This document shows, piece by piece, positions 38,783 through 51,851 of a stretch of 64,000 nt of DNA. A model generated the notes under the pieces. It ran no database searches. It worked only from the letters and a program-made list of their open reading frames with translations, and had not been told where the DNA came from. Every line of letters starts with the position of its first letter. The stretch's first letter is position 1. Source of the DNA: Podarcis cretensis (Eukaryota); NCBI GenBank assembly GCA_951804945.1, contig OX638152.1, positions 43,958,001-44,022,000 of the forward strand, read 5' to 3'. The position numbers and the translations under genes are program-made.

Positions 38783-39738
38783 TGGAGTAGAACTGGATAT
38801 GGAACAACTGACTGGTTCAAAATTGGGAAAGGAGTACGACAAGGCTGCATTTTGTCTCCTTGCTTATTTAACTTATATGCAGAATTCATCATGCGAAAGG
38901 CTGGGCTGGATGAATCCCTAGCCGGAATTAAGATTGCCGGAAGAAATATCAACAACCTCAGATATGCAGATGACACAACCTTGATGGCAGAAAGTGAGGA
39001 GGAATTAAAGAACCTTTTATTGAGGGTGAAAGAGGAGAGTGCAAAATATGGTCTGAAGCTCAACATCAAAAAAACGAAGATCATGGCTACTGGTCCCATC
39101 ACCTCCTGGCAAATAGAAGGGGAAGAAATGGAGGCAGTGAGAGATTTTACTTTCTTGGGCTCCATGATCACTGCAGATGGTGACAGCGGCCACGAAATTA
39201 AAAGATGCCTGCTTCTTGGGAGAAGGGCAATGACAGGCCTAGACAGCATCTTGAGAAGTAGAGACATCACCTTGCCAACAAAGGTCCATATAGTTAAAGC
39301 TATGGTTTTCCCAGTAGTGATGTATGGAAGTGAGAGCTGGACCATAAAGAAGGCTGATCGCCGAAGAATTGATGCTTTTGAATTATGGTGCTGGAGGAGA
39401 CTCTTGAGAGTCCCATGGACTGCAAGAAGATCAAACCTCTCCATTCTGAAGGAAATCAGCCCTGAGTGCTCACTGGAAGGACAGATTGTGAAGCTGAGGC
39501 TCCAGTACTTTGGCCACCTCATGAGAAGAGAAGACTCCCTGGAGAAGACCCTGATGTTGGGAAAGGGCACAAGGAGAAGGGGGCGACAGAGGACGAGATG
39601 GTTGGATAGTGTTTTCGATGTTACCAGCATGAGTCTGACCAAGCTGCGGGGGGCAGTGGAGGACAGGTATGCCTGGCGTTCTCTGGTCCATGGGGTCACG
39701 AAGAGTCGGACACGACTAAACGACTAAACAACAACAAC
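38783..39738 (+). mobile_element. Bov-B (RTE) LINE, 5'-truncated, young
   Basis: GVRQGCILSP, NLRYADD, ESWTIKK, LRVPWTARRSN; (CAA)n tail; perfect TSD aagtcatatga at 38772-38782 and 39739-39749. Confidence 0.96.
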
Positions 39739-40245
39739 AAGTCATATGAATTCTGGTGTTCATAATGTAGCTACTCTAGAGCAGGCTCTATATTGTCATT
39801 CTTTGCCTTTCCCAGATTTTAATGTGATAACCCTTTTAACCATGTTATTTTAATGGCTAATTAGCTATAATAGATCAAAAGTCTGCCTTGCCCCTGTCCT
39901 ATCATTAAATGAAATGAAAAAAGAATACTATGCCTTTCAACCTTTCCTCTGAACGTGCTTCCTCTCTCTAGAACTCATGTTCTAATCCAACATAGCAAGT
40001 GCTCATATTATTCCTTAGATAGCAGTATAGGATTTGGAAGTGTATCCTGCTGAACAAGCCCAACCTCTATAACAGAGCTGGTGCCTCTTAGTAACTGAAT
40101 GCATGCATTCATACACACCCTGAAAACCAAGGAAGAACTTTATCTATCCTATGTTTGTGCTTTTGTGTATGTTGTGTTAATGCATGCAAAAACATTTACA
40201 AATGAAGTTAAAACTTTTATAAGGAAAGCGCCTTAAATTTAGTTA

Positions 40246-40345
40246 GACTACAACTCCCATCATCCCTAGCTAACAGGACCAGTGGTCAGGGATGATGGGA
40301 ATCGTAGTCCCAAAACAGCTGGAAGACCAAGTCTGGCCATGCCTG
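40246..40345. mobile_element. Partial copy of the 58265 hAT MITE family
   Basis: gactacaactcccatcatccctagctaacaggaccagtgg...atgcctg. Confidence 0.8.
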
Positions 40346-40579
40346 GATTAGCTTAAAAGGTTTGGTTTTGTGGGCTGCCTGCAGCTCACTTGCTGACAGT
40401 TAGCCATTCCTATTTTAGGTTGAACTAGTCCTACCCATCTCTCAATTTAAAAACAGATTTGAGTTTTATTAGTAGATCTTCCTTTCAAAGCAACAGAAGT
40501 AATCCAGTACACTTCAACATGTTCAGTCAGAGCCTTAGACATGACTAAAGGCACTATTTAGAATAATTTGCATCTTACG

Positions 40580-40667
40580 GTCAGCCCTATGTATGTCTAT
40601 TCAGAAGTAAGTCCCATTGAGTTAAATGGGAATTACTACAAAATAAACATGTACAGGATTTCAGCCT
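40580..40667. repeat. Short palindromic MITE-like repeat (related copies at about 43259-43345, 45170-45225, 46496-46710)
   Basis: cctatgtatgtctattcagaagtaagtcccattgagttaaatgggaattac...catgtacagga, an imperfect hairpin. Confidence 0.65.
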
Positions 40668-42649
40668 CAGAGACTATTGTACGAATGGAAGTTCAGTATG
40701 ATGGATTTTAAAATGGTCACAATATTTTATCAGCAAAACCACTGTATGCAGGGAACTATAAGAGGCTTCCCAGTGAGAAGCTAAGCACTTGACCTCTTCA
40801 CCAGAAACCAATAAATCAGGGTGCTAAACCAGCACAGCCCTGTCAAACTGCTTGTTCAGAATTTAAGTCAAAAGCACTTAGTTCTCAGTCTCCAGGTACG
40901 GTTTTCCGTACTAGGTTTGTAGAATTCTTACTGCTTTTTACACTATAATTCTCTTTAATTATGCCTGACATTTTGTCTATCACATAACTCAATAGAGAGA
41001 AATAATATGATCTCAGAGGAAAAGAGAAAAAAAGATCTAATATAATAGGATACCAAAAATAATTACACCACATGGTTTTATGAACTTTAAACTCCAATCA
41101 GTAGTGTACTATTAAAACTCCTACAATTACTAGTTGGAATACAAAAATAGTTTAATTAGCCTATAAAAACTAACTAATGCAATCATAAATGTGAAGCTTT
41201 GATTTCAATACCTTATACTCATCGCAGAATTAATGTCTCTTGCAAATATAATCATTAGGCACTTAGATTTGTTATGAAAACGGAAACTGAGGGTTGCCTC
41301 TGATGCTTATCCATGATTAATCATTATATAACTTCTTTATGGGGACTGAGGGAGAAAAAGAAAGTTTATCTAAAAGAAGCTTAGCAGCATGAAAATTGTA
41401 TGTTAAATACTTCAAAAGTTACATAGCTTTACACACCAATCCCTTCAGTGCAACTGCTTTAAAATGCTAATGAGTGTATCCGTTTCTCTGTTATTGGAGA
41501 AAACTGTCTAAGATCTATAAATGGGGGATGGGGTGGGTGGAACTCTCCCTTTTTTTGACAACTGCAAATTAGACCTGAGCTAAAATGGAACCCAACCTTT
41601 TTCTGATTTGGGTGCTGTGGAAGAGGACCAGCCTTTCTAAGATTGGATGAAGTCTTCAGCCATCCTCCTCATGACTGACTGCAGGTAGAAACCACTTGCC
41701 CCAGCTATATGAAGTTATTACAAAGCCAGTTCAGAATGTAGACTGGCATTCTCTTGGACGCCATGCAATGGGAACAAAGAAATTGGCTTTGAAACAAGGC
41801 AGTTCAAATATGAAGTAAAGGGAAAAGAAAGTAAGCAGAGTCTTCATGAAAGCTGTCACACCCATGTCCTTCTGCCATGCTTCATGTCCATCTGTAAGTA
41901 GCCAGTATAGTCCTACTATTTATTAAGAATAATAACAAAACAAATGGTTATATTTATTTATAGCATTGCTTCTCATTTTCACACTTTTGAAGTGAAAAGT
42001 TGAATTTCAAGAAGTGGGGAAAAGATTAGTAATCAGTTTCTCATGTGTATGTGCTCATTCAGGAACAAACACACACAATTACACCCACCCACACACCCTT
42101 TTGTAGCTCTAATTGATTATATACCAGCTTTAGGATTCTTTCTTTTTAACTGTGTGATTACAGCCAATCAAGGATTGAATATGATGCTATCATTTTGCTA
42201 TTTAACTGATTACTTTTGGCCATTTTTTCTTACTTGACAACATTTATGAGCGCTAATAAAGACCTCAAAATGCATCTCTCATGCAGTTCTAGTACATACG
42301 CAGCCTGGGATAAAGACACAGCTCATCACAACTAAGAGTTGGCTTATTTTTGTTACAAGGAAACCACCAGAATGGAGGAATGGTGATTTAGAGCAGGCTG
42401 CTGTGACTTTATGCTAATTGTACATAAATATATTTATTAAAAGAAACTTCAGTGGCTGTTTTTGATGGATAATGGATAACTCCTGAAGCCCTGCACTTAT
42501 CCATGTAAATTTCTGTAGGAATCTTACTCAATAATACCTCCTAATTTTGTACAAAAATACGTAGTTCAAAAAACTAGGTGGCAAGGCACTGAAAACTTTT
42601 TTAAGTGTTCCAACTTTAAATATGCCTAGCACAGACATATGCTTAGCAC

Positions 42650-42797
42650 CAGTGCTTTACTTCTGGGGGTACGCAGGGGTGCGCATACCCCTAAACATTT
42701 TGTGAATCTAAGTTTGGCTTTGTTGAGGGGTAGTATTTCAATATGAGTAGGAAAATGACAGTACCCCCTAGATATTTTTTTAGAAAAACACACACTG
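42650..42797. mobile_element. hAT-type MITE
   Basis: CAGTG...CACTG termini, internal gggggtac/gtaccccc; TSD cttagcac/cctaacac. Confidence 0.8.
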
Positions 42798-44126
42798 CCT
42801 AACACACACAGAGGGAGGTAGGGAGGAGGGAGAAATTTGTTTGAAATATGGCAGGCATATTTCAATGGCTGTGTCCGTTTTCACAAATTCTATTATTTTG
42901 TTTTTTTAAAAATGCCTAAGTTTCCAATCTCTTCCAACATAGTTTGGACAACGGGCAATAGTCTTTAGAATTTTTCTTTAGAAAAAAATTGCTCTTAATG
43001 CTTACTTGCTACCTACAAACTTCTTCAGAGCTCTTGCAAAATGTGTTTCAGTAGAATAGCACCAGAAAATTACTTTATTCCCCAGTGGGATCCAATTACC
43101 CTCTATATCATGAATTGGTTATTTTACCACCACTCTCTTGCTGCTGAGCTTATTTTAATTAAAGGCTATAGGAGCATACATTTGGTACAATTATTTTTAA
43201 GGAAGAATTAAAAGTAATTCAGTGTGTAAACTAGAGTTAACAATGTAGACAACTACTGAAGCTGCAATCCTATACCCTGCTTCCTTAAAGTACACATTGA
43301 ACTCTATGGGGCTTGATTTTTTAGTAGAGATGTGTAGGATTGCTCGTCTACTTTATCACATTGTTTAAACTGCCTGTACCATTTGCTATATTTTGTCATT
43401 TATTCATTACTTTAAAAGTTTTCCAATTTGAAGGGTAATAAAGTAAGAAGCTCCATTACATAACACACATGCATTATATAGCAGTGGATGAAGTCACTTT
43501 TGATGACTAGAAAACTTATGGTACATGTTCATAGAAGTCATGTACAGAGACTCTATATATATACTTTAACATATTCATCATGTCAGTAAGCACACCTTAT
43601 AAACATATTGTTATCAAGTAAATGTGCATGAAATTGTGGCTAAAATGTTTGGTTCTAAATTCTCACATCCTAATTGCTAAGGATATGAACAAGAGTTGAT
43701 CTGGAATCCATGACTACTTATACCTTAAACAGGTAGAATATTTAATCCACTATAACTGGAAGGTGGGATACTTGTTGTTTTCATAGGAAAAGTACCATGA
43801 GTGGAAATATGAAGCAGAATCAGGGACAACTAATATGAACCAGAATGAGATAATTGTGATTTCCATTACTTAATATTGTGATATAGTATATTTAGGTTGT
43901 GGGAAAAACAGAGTAACTATCATTTACTACCATCTTATTACCACCTTAAGATGCATCACTTTCTCTGACTGACCCTCCTTTCCCCATTCAACTTCACTTT
44001 TTCATAAATCCTATCTTTATCCCAATTATAAACCTGCAGACAAAGTATCTTAAAAAGTACAGTGTGCAGCTATTGTCAGCACTTTATCAACAATAAACAC
44101 TATAAATAAATATATTAATTAAAAAA

Positions 44127-44308
44127 TTGTCCAGTAGCACCTTAGAGACCAACAAAGTTTGTTCTGGATATAAGCTTTCATGTGCATGCACACTTCTTCA
44201 CTGGTATCTGAAAAAGTGTGCATGCACACAAAAGCTTATACCCAGCAAAAACTTAGCTGGTCTTTTTTATTTATTTCGCCTGTGTCAGACCAACATGGCT
44301 ACCTACCT
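44127..44308. mobile_element. Inverted pair of Penelope termini, each with a mutated hammerhead
   Basis: Left arm matches 27052-27121; right arm is its reverse complement. Confidence 0.88.
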
Positions 44309-44550
44309 CCATAAACACTATAATTATTGTTTAACCAATTGTGAAAACTTAAATAAAATGCCATTTAAATAAACTGATTTTATTACAGTTTAGCTACAAT
44401 TAACTTTTGCTCGGTTCTGCCAAATGTGTTTAGGATTGGACTACAAAGATAATATAACCATTGCTAGTGCCCCCTGATGGTGTGCAACACAGGCACCTGT
44501 TGTCATAAAGGCATTCACTTTATATGAATCAGTTCTTATGTTCTTTGCAG

Positions 44551-44609
44551 GTGTTGCCTGCATTAGGTCTGCAATAAAATGCTTTCGGATTTTTGCAAAC
44601 CAAAACATG
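44551..44609 (+). other. Candidate 59-nt exon
   Basis: ttcttatgttctttgcAG|G...atg|GTAAGA. Confidence 0.3.
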
Positions 44610-46104
44610 GTAAGATGAATACTGAGTTGCCCATGCCTTTTCTCTATTCAGCTGCAGTGGCAGAAGCAATGGGACGGGTGGAGTGCCGGCTCTTATGCTT
44701 CTGCCGCTTGAGGTGTGGACTTTATCCCATATCATGGGACGCCGGCTCCGAGGCCTACAATGCTGTGAGGTCTTCTTGAGTGAGTAGTGGAGAAGCTCAG
44801 CAGCAGGCCACCACCTGACCTGTGAGACAGCCACTGGAAGCTGAAAGGAGCTTGGCCAGAAGGGATTTGGAATCTGGAGGCGGTCCTCAGGATAAAGGCA
44901 ACCTGATCCCTAGTCCCTTACCCCTATGTAATAAAAAATGAAACACTCATCTCATTGTGCTTGGTAGCGGGGCAAGGAAGAGCTGAAAGCAAGAATTCTC
45001 ACCGGTGGCTCCCATACAAACATGCACAAGTCACTGTAGGAGGCAGAAGCATAGACACCGACATAACATCTGCATGAAGCCCCATAAACCCTTTGGGTGG
45101 CCCTGCAGAGCTAATCATGTGGGGAGAGTGTACTGAAGGCATCCTTTGCCCAGTTATCTGTTTATCCTAGGGCCAGTCCTAATCTTGAGCATATGTACTT
45201 GGGAGTAAGTTTCATGGGATTGTGTTGTTATTTGCTGATACAGTAAGCCTTAGCATCTGACCACTATACCTCTTTGTTTAAGGTGGATTCATTAGTATTC
45301 TCACTTGTAAAGCTATTGCCACATTTTAATGCTTTTGAATAATTTCCCAATACTGTTGAATGTAATATTTATGTAAATAAAATCAGGATACATTTGAATT
45401 TATATGAGTAATCTGCAAAAACATTTCCATAACCTGCTATTTTTACATTTATTTGCCTCCTAACAACTCTTCAGGTTACAAAAAACTAATACTTTATTTG
45501 TGCAAATAACAGACACATGGCTATAAATAATAATTATGGCATCATTTCTTCTTTCTAATTCTTATGTGTCACGGTATATTGCTTTTGGCAAAAGTATTTT
45601 CAAAATAAAAACTTGCAGTGCTGTATATATATATACACAATTCCTAAGATATATTGAGTTTTTAACACATATTTATGCTACATATTAGTTAGAAAATGAC
45701 ATCTTGTGAGCATCCATACCTCTAACTAACTTGATTATAAGCTCTCTGTAGTGATACAGTATAGTAAATTCAGCTCGAGAGTTTGACCATTTTATAGCAT
45801 TCAAAGAAGCACCATTGTTTTTTAAACTTATTTTAAATTTGATTATACTTTGTCCTAGGAGATTTCACTTTCTGAAGTAAAATTAAAAGCGGATAGAAAG
45901 CTGTTCAGCTGTTATCATGATACACATAAATACAGACAGAAAGCACTTCTATGGCACTTAATTCTTCTTTCCAATTTTTTTCTCTAATTAAGACATGTTA
46001 AGTTATTACAATGAAAAGCAAATGCAGGTGTTTAAGATTTCTTATATTCATCAGCAAATCTTTGACTTTTATGGAGAAAATGGAATTATGCTCCTAATGG
46101 TGTA

Positions 46105-46451
46105 AAAGGTAAAGGTAAAGGTACCCCTGACCGTTAGGTCCAGTCGCGGATGACTCTGGGGTTGCGGCGCTCATCTTGCTTTACTGGCCAAGGGAGCTGG
46201 TGTTTGTCTGCAGACAGCATGACTAAACCACTTCTGGCAAACCAGAGCAGCACACGGAAACACCGTTTACCTTCCCTCTGGAGTGGTACCTGTTTATCTA
46301 CTTGTACTTTGACGTCCTTTCAAACTGCTAGGTTGGCAGGAGCAGGGACTGAGCAATGGGAGCTCACCCTGTCACAAGGATTCAAACTGTCGACCTTCTG
46401 ATCGGCAAGCCCTAGTCTCTGTGGTTTAGATGACAGCGCGACCTGTGTCCC
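46105..46451 (-). mobile_element. Sauria (Squam1) SINE with small internal deletion
   Basis: (AAAGGT)n tail; perfect TSD tcctaatggtgta at 46092-46104 and 46453-46465. Confidence 0.93.
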
Positions 46452-46515
46452 ATCCTAATGGTGTAGGGGTATTAATTTAAATGGAAATATTAATAGTACA
46501 ATCCTATACGTGTAT

Positions 46516-46658
46516 TGGAGCAGGAACCGGCAAGCCACTCCAGTATCCCTGCCAAGAAAACTCCATGGACAAAGACAACAGGCATGAGTGCCTGGCGTGA
46601 TCTAGTCCATGGGGTCACGAAGAGTCGGACACGACTAAACAACAACAACAACAACAAC
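46516..46658 (+). mobile_element. Bov-A-like bipartite Bov-B derivative (5' UTR segment joined to 3' end)
   Basis: ggagcaggaaccggcaagccactccagtatccctgccaagaaaactccatggac joined to gtccatggggtcacgaagagtcggacacgact(AAC)n, the latter identical to 39686-39717. Confidence 0.8.
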
Positions 46659-47409
46659 ATACATTTATATTCCCAAAGTTAGTCCCACTGGCTTACTTCC
46701 AGATGTTCAGCCTACCTCTTGTAAAATGAAATGCTAAACATATATTTAATAAACACAAAGAACACTTCTACTTGATGTCTCCTTTGGAAAGTACAAACTG
46801 GTCACCATCAACAGTTGTTTTACTTCCTGGATTTTCCCTGGAAAGAGTACCATAAATGTGAATTTAATTATGAGAATATATGGGTTGGCATTTTGATGCT
46901 TTTTTAAAAAAGCAACAACAACAACAGAGGAATCAAACTATATTTTCTTTCATTATCTGCACTGAATAAAAAGAATCAGGTACCTTTTAGATATTACAAC
47001 AATGGTAAGAGAACTATTCTTGTATGGGATCATCTCAGAATATTGCTATAGCATTTAAGGGCATGCTACCATACCAGTGAGGCCAAGCTCATAAATCCTT
47101 AGTATTTAATTAGATCTATCCTGGTTGTGGAAAAGCCAAAGAAAAGCAGCTACATAACAATCACCTAACTTAACACCTTGATTTCAGAGATGCTGAATGT
47201 GTGCAGAGTGGGTTATACTCAATGTGGCATTATGTAGATTTCTCTTTGCCCAAGAGAACAATGTCCCCTACCCCACAGGGCTTTTGCATCACTTCTGCCA
47301 AGAGACCAACTGCTTTTGGCCTGCACTAAACTGTCATCAAATGGCAGCCATTCCATTAGGATACCTGAACTGTTCCAACCCACATGGCCATGATGAGAAT
47401 GGTAATGGT

Positions 47410-47600
47410 AATTAAGAGTTTTGGAGCATGGTACTATCAGTACACTGATGACACACAGCTCTTTTTCTCCATAACATCATGAGAGGGTGTGTAAGCCCTG
47501 GACCAGTGTCTTCAGGCAATGGTGGTTTGGAAGACGGACAATAAACTGAGCTTGGATCCTATCAATATAGAGGCTCTAGGGTAGGTGGTTCCTATGTACA
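47410..47600 (+). mobile_element. Old L2 RT fragment
   Basis: cagtacactgatgacacacagctc = QY(A/T)DDTQL; downstream resembles W...NKL.L.P. Confidence 0.65.
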
Positions 47601-47888
47601 GAATCTAGCCATTTGCCCAAGTGAAATCTGGTGCCTGTTACCACATGATGAATAAACAGACTTCTCTAGGCTTTGTGGATGTTTCTACTGAAAAACAATG
47701 TTGGATCCTATGATTGGAAGGAGAGAAAGAGGTGTTGCTTCATCCTATTTTAATCCTCTTGCTGCCATTTTGCAGCTCAGAATCAATTGCTTTCTCATCT
47801 CATCAGGTAGAATATACAGGTTCTTTCACTATGTAGGCAGAAAAGCAGCTTGCAGAGGGCAATTTTGAACAGACATATGACACCATGG

Positions 47889-48251
47889 CAGGGGTGAGCA
47901 ACCTTCCAGGAGCCAAATGCCAGTAGTGGGTGAAACCCGAGGCAATTCCTGGGCAGAGCCAAAGGCAAAAAGTGGGTAGAACAATGGGTGTCACTCTTAC
48001 CTGTGTACAGTAGGCAATATTCCATGCAATAGTCATAGGTCTCTACATACAAACAAACAAACATACTTCTTCCCATCCAGGCAAGAAAGAGATATTATCA
48101 CAGTTGAGGAAGACATACCAGACAGGCAAAAGTGCTTGAAGAGAGGGTAAAGACGGCCAGTGAGTGGGGTGACCTGAGGAGAGTCCCATTGACCAGAAAG
48201 AGTGTGTCAGCGGCCACATTCAGTTTCTGGGGCTAAGATTCCCCATCCCTC
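47889..48251. mobile_element. hAT (Charlie-like) non-autonomous element, degenerate
   Basis: caggggtgagcaacctt ... gattccccatccct termini. Confidence 0.55.
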
Positions 48252-48946
48252 TACTAGTGAATATGGATAAGCAGTTTCTTCTCTTCACCGAATTGGCAGT
48301 CTCCAATGGTACTTCCCAGCTTCTGCTTCTTCTTTTTTAAAAAAAAAAATTCAGGAGAGCATTTCCCCATCTCCCATGAACCATCTAATTTGACCCTGAG
48401 ATTAGCTTGCCTGGAGCTGACTTTAAGAACTATTTTTAATAAGTGAAGTAGATAAAGGTACTTCCAGACTTAAATAAGGAATACAATTAGACATAAGAAT
48501 TTGGGCTGTGATCCAAGAGACCTTGTTCCCACAGGGCCCTATTTCACATCTCTTGAAAATTTAATGAGACAGAGTAGCTAGGGAAGAGAAGGATTGGCAA
48601 ATGCAAATATTCAGAAATCTGGGCAAGAGAAAAAGCAGGTCAGGCTATGCTAGGTGGCAAGTTCATTAGCATTTCAAGGACACAGAAACACAAAATTTAT
48701 TAGTTTGAGGCAAATTTCAGTCAGTGATATAGTCAGGTGCAGAGGTGTCAGCTTGGGAGTATAATCTTCTTAAACTATATTTATTTTTGACTACTTTCAC
48801 CTTAGTCATATTATACAATCTTTCCTCTGGCCAAAGGGGAAAGAAAGAGAGAGGTAGAAGTCAAAGCAGTGATATGATGTATGCTTCTTTCCCTTCCTTT
48901 TCTTGCCAGAGACAGCTTGCATTAAATGCCTGAAACAGCCTATTAG

Positions 48947-48965
48947 GTGGTGGTGGTGGTGGTGG

Positions 48966-49006
<41 letters not shown>
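48947..49006. repeat. (GGT)n(ATT)n microsatellite
   Basis: Seen directly. Confidence 0.95.
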
Positions 49007-49008
<2 letters not shown>

Positions 49009-49550
49009 GTTGTAAAAGATTCGGAGAAGGGCAACCAAAATGAACAAGGTGTGGAGCGACTCCTCCATGAAGAAAGATGCAGAGTTTGGGTCTTTTTAGT
49101 TTAGAGAAAAGGTGAGTAAGAGGTGACATGATAAAGTTTATAAAATAATTGTGTCACAGTGAAAATGGATAAAGAAAAGTTTTTCTGCCTCTCTCATAAT
49201 ACTAGAACTTATGGGCATCCAATGAAGCTGAATGTTGAAAGATTTAGGATAGATACCTCAGGTACAGTACTTCTCCATGTGGTGCATAGTCAAACTATGG
49301 AACTCCCTCCTGCAGGAGGTATTAAGAGCCACAAGGAAAGGATGGCTTTAAAAGAGGATTAGACAAATCCACAGCTGGGGGCAGCTATGCTTCCAAATAC
49401 CAGTTGCTGGAAACCACGGGAGGGGAAAGTGCTTTTGTGCTCATGTTCTGCTCCCTGGTTTCCCACAGACATCTGGTTGGCTACTGTGAGAACAGGATGC
49501 TGGATTAGATGGGCCATTGGCCTGATCCAGCAGTCTATTCTTATGTTTTT
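49007..49550 (+). mobile_element. CR1 LINE 3' fragment
   Basis: LGLFSLEKR.VRGDMIKVYKI...TRTYGHPMKL; ends ttcttatgtt. Confidence 0.85.
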
Positions 49551-51193
49551 ATTACATATAAATATTTTTTTTAGATATTGCCTAACACTTAGAAACATAA
49601 CTTGTTTTCCCCCTTAAATGCAAAACACAAAAGGTTGCAGACAGCTCAGAATGCAAGAGTTCTAACCTGGTGTCAGGTGGTTGCATGAACCAGTCATACT
49701 TCCCCCCTCCAGATAGGTAGATAGGAAGATAGAATACACACACAAACACACACATTTCACCACTAAAAAACACACCAAACAAATCCTGATCTCCCTCTTT
49801 ATTCTACCTCTAGTTAGGACCACAGATTAGCTGGCAATTACTGGAGGTGATGTGGGAGGAAAATCCAAGATCTTACTCTACTTTCACACACAACCCACCT
49901 TCCAGTTGCTAGTAGTTATTGAAAGGTTGGATTCTTTGGCACTCCTGTCTTATAAGGGATTCCCTTCCAGAAGCATGCTTGAACACAAGAGTTGGAAACC
50001 TGTAGCCCTCCAGGGTTTAGGATTCCAAAGGAAATAAAATAAACAGGGCTTTGGGGACTAGCTTTCTTAAAAGAAATCTAGCAATTTTTAGAGCCGTATT
50101 CAAGTGGGAATTCTATGCTTTATTATACACATTTCCAAGAATCTAAAGTTGTTCCGTATTGTATAGCATGCCTCCTATTTCTTTTTCTCTTTTTGCGAAG
50201 CACAGCATTTGTACATTAAATGACTGGTGTAAAGTAAGTTTAAGGTCAGACACCATTTGGTTGTAAATCTTCCATATGTTTCCAGAATACATTAAACACA
50301 TAAATTCCAAAGCTCAGCTATTCTTAGCAGCTTCACAAACCTATTTCTAACACCTAACACATATCTTATAATCATTATGCAGAAGATTTTATTGCTTAGC
50401 GAAATACTATGAAGACCAGGGCTGGAAGCTAAAAGGACACAAAGGGCATAATTTGTAGGTAGATGTGTTAAGTAAGGATATGCTATATAATAAATGTTTC
50501 ATTCATATAATGATAAATATTCACAGTATGAGGGTTGCAACATCTGTGTTCTACTCCCCCCCCCCACTCCCAAATCAGATGGTGTAGAAACTGAAGATCT
50601 ATGCCTGGCTCTTGATATGAAACCATACAACACTGGAAGCCTTGAACACATAAGTTAGCAGCAGAATATGGTAGAACAGACAGGAAAACCCTGCTAAACC
50701 CAAACCACCTTCCTCAGGCATATCAGCTGCTCCTCCAGACCCGGTCGCAGGTTAAGAGAAGTCCTGCCAAATCAGACAAAGGGACCATATAAAAAAGAAT
50801 TGTTTTTGCAACAGTTGCCAGTTCCAAGGCCTGGGAAGTTTACAAGCAAAGTGTGAAAACAGTATCCTTTCCTGTTTAGCACTAGCATATCTTAAGTGCA
50901 ATGCCTCTAGATCCGTAATGGCTAATGTATGGAGAAACTGCTATCAACTCTGAATTAGCTTCAATCTTTCTAAAGCCACTTTAGACAGATTTTTAAGAAA
51001 TACCACCATTGCCCACCCAATTGCATCATCCCCCCCAAAGAGAAGCACCATTACCCTCCTTGGCACTGCATTTTAAAATATATCTGCTTCAGAAATTGAC
51101 ACAAACTTTTTCAAGCAACACTAGTCACCAGGGATAAAATGTGCAACAAATGTCTTGCAGGTCCTACTGAAAGTTATCTCTCTGTTTCATTCA

Positions 51194-51196
<3 letters not shown>

Positions 51197-51237
<41 letters not shown>
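51197..51237. repeat. (TA)n microsatellite
   Basis: Seen directly. Confidence 0.95.
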
Positions 51238-51238
<1 letters not shown>

Positions 51239-51851
51239 CTTGACCACTGTTTCAAATGCAGAGTTGCAATCACCACTCTAGTAGCATTTCTGTTTCTCAC
51301 AAAATGGCCCAATGGGAACAACACTACAATTTTATGTAGTGTTGTGCCTAGTAGCAGCTGGTAGGAGGAGAAAATGAGAAAGAGGAAAAGGAAATAGTCT
51401 TGACTATTCAGCTGCATATCTGACCTTAGGCAGGAGTGAAATTTTCTGTATTGGCCAGCATTTTTTCAGTCTTTTCCACCCTGCACTCTAAGTAACTTCA
51501 CTCCTAGTATCTAGGGTTTTCATATATTGAGGCTAATCACTGAAAAAAACCTGAAACCAAATATGGCCACCTCATATTCTTTCTTTTTGCTAGTTTTATT
51601 AAACCTTGGCATTATCAGCACCATGCTTTCCATGGTGGTTCCTTGTTTGTGGAATGCCCCCCTAGTCATGTCAGCCTTGAAATTAGTGACTGTGAGGGTA
51701 TGTGGTTGATTTTAGATGCTTTTATTGCTTGTTTTAAACATGTTTTTATTTCATTTTTAAAAATTGCATGATCTTAATATAGACCCTGGGCTACCTTGAG
51801 AAGAATGGCAGGATATCAATGTAATGCATACCAATAGGTAAAAGGTAAAAA

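Noticed and set aside
38770-39699. 309-aa minus-strand ORF
   Set aside because: It lies almost entirely antisense to Bov-B ORF2 and is a shadow frame with no independent evidence.
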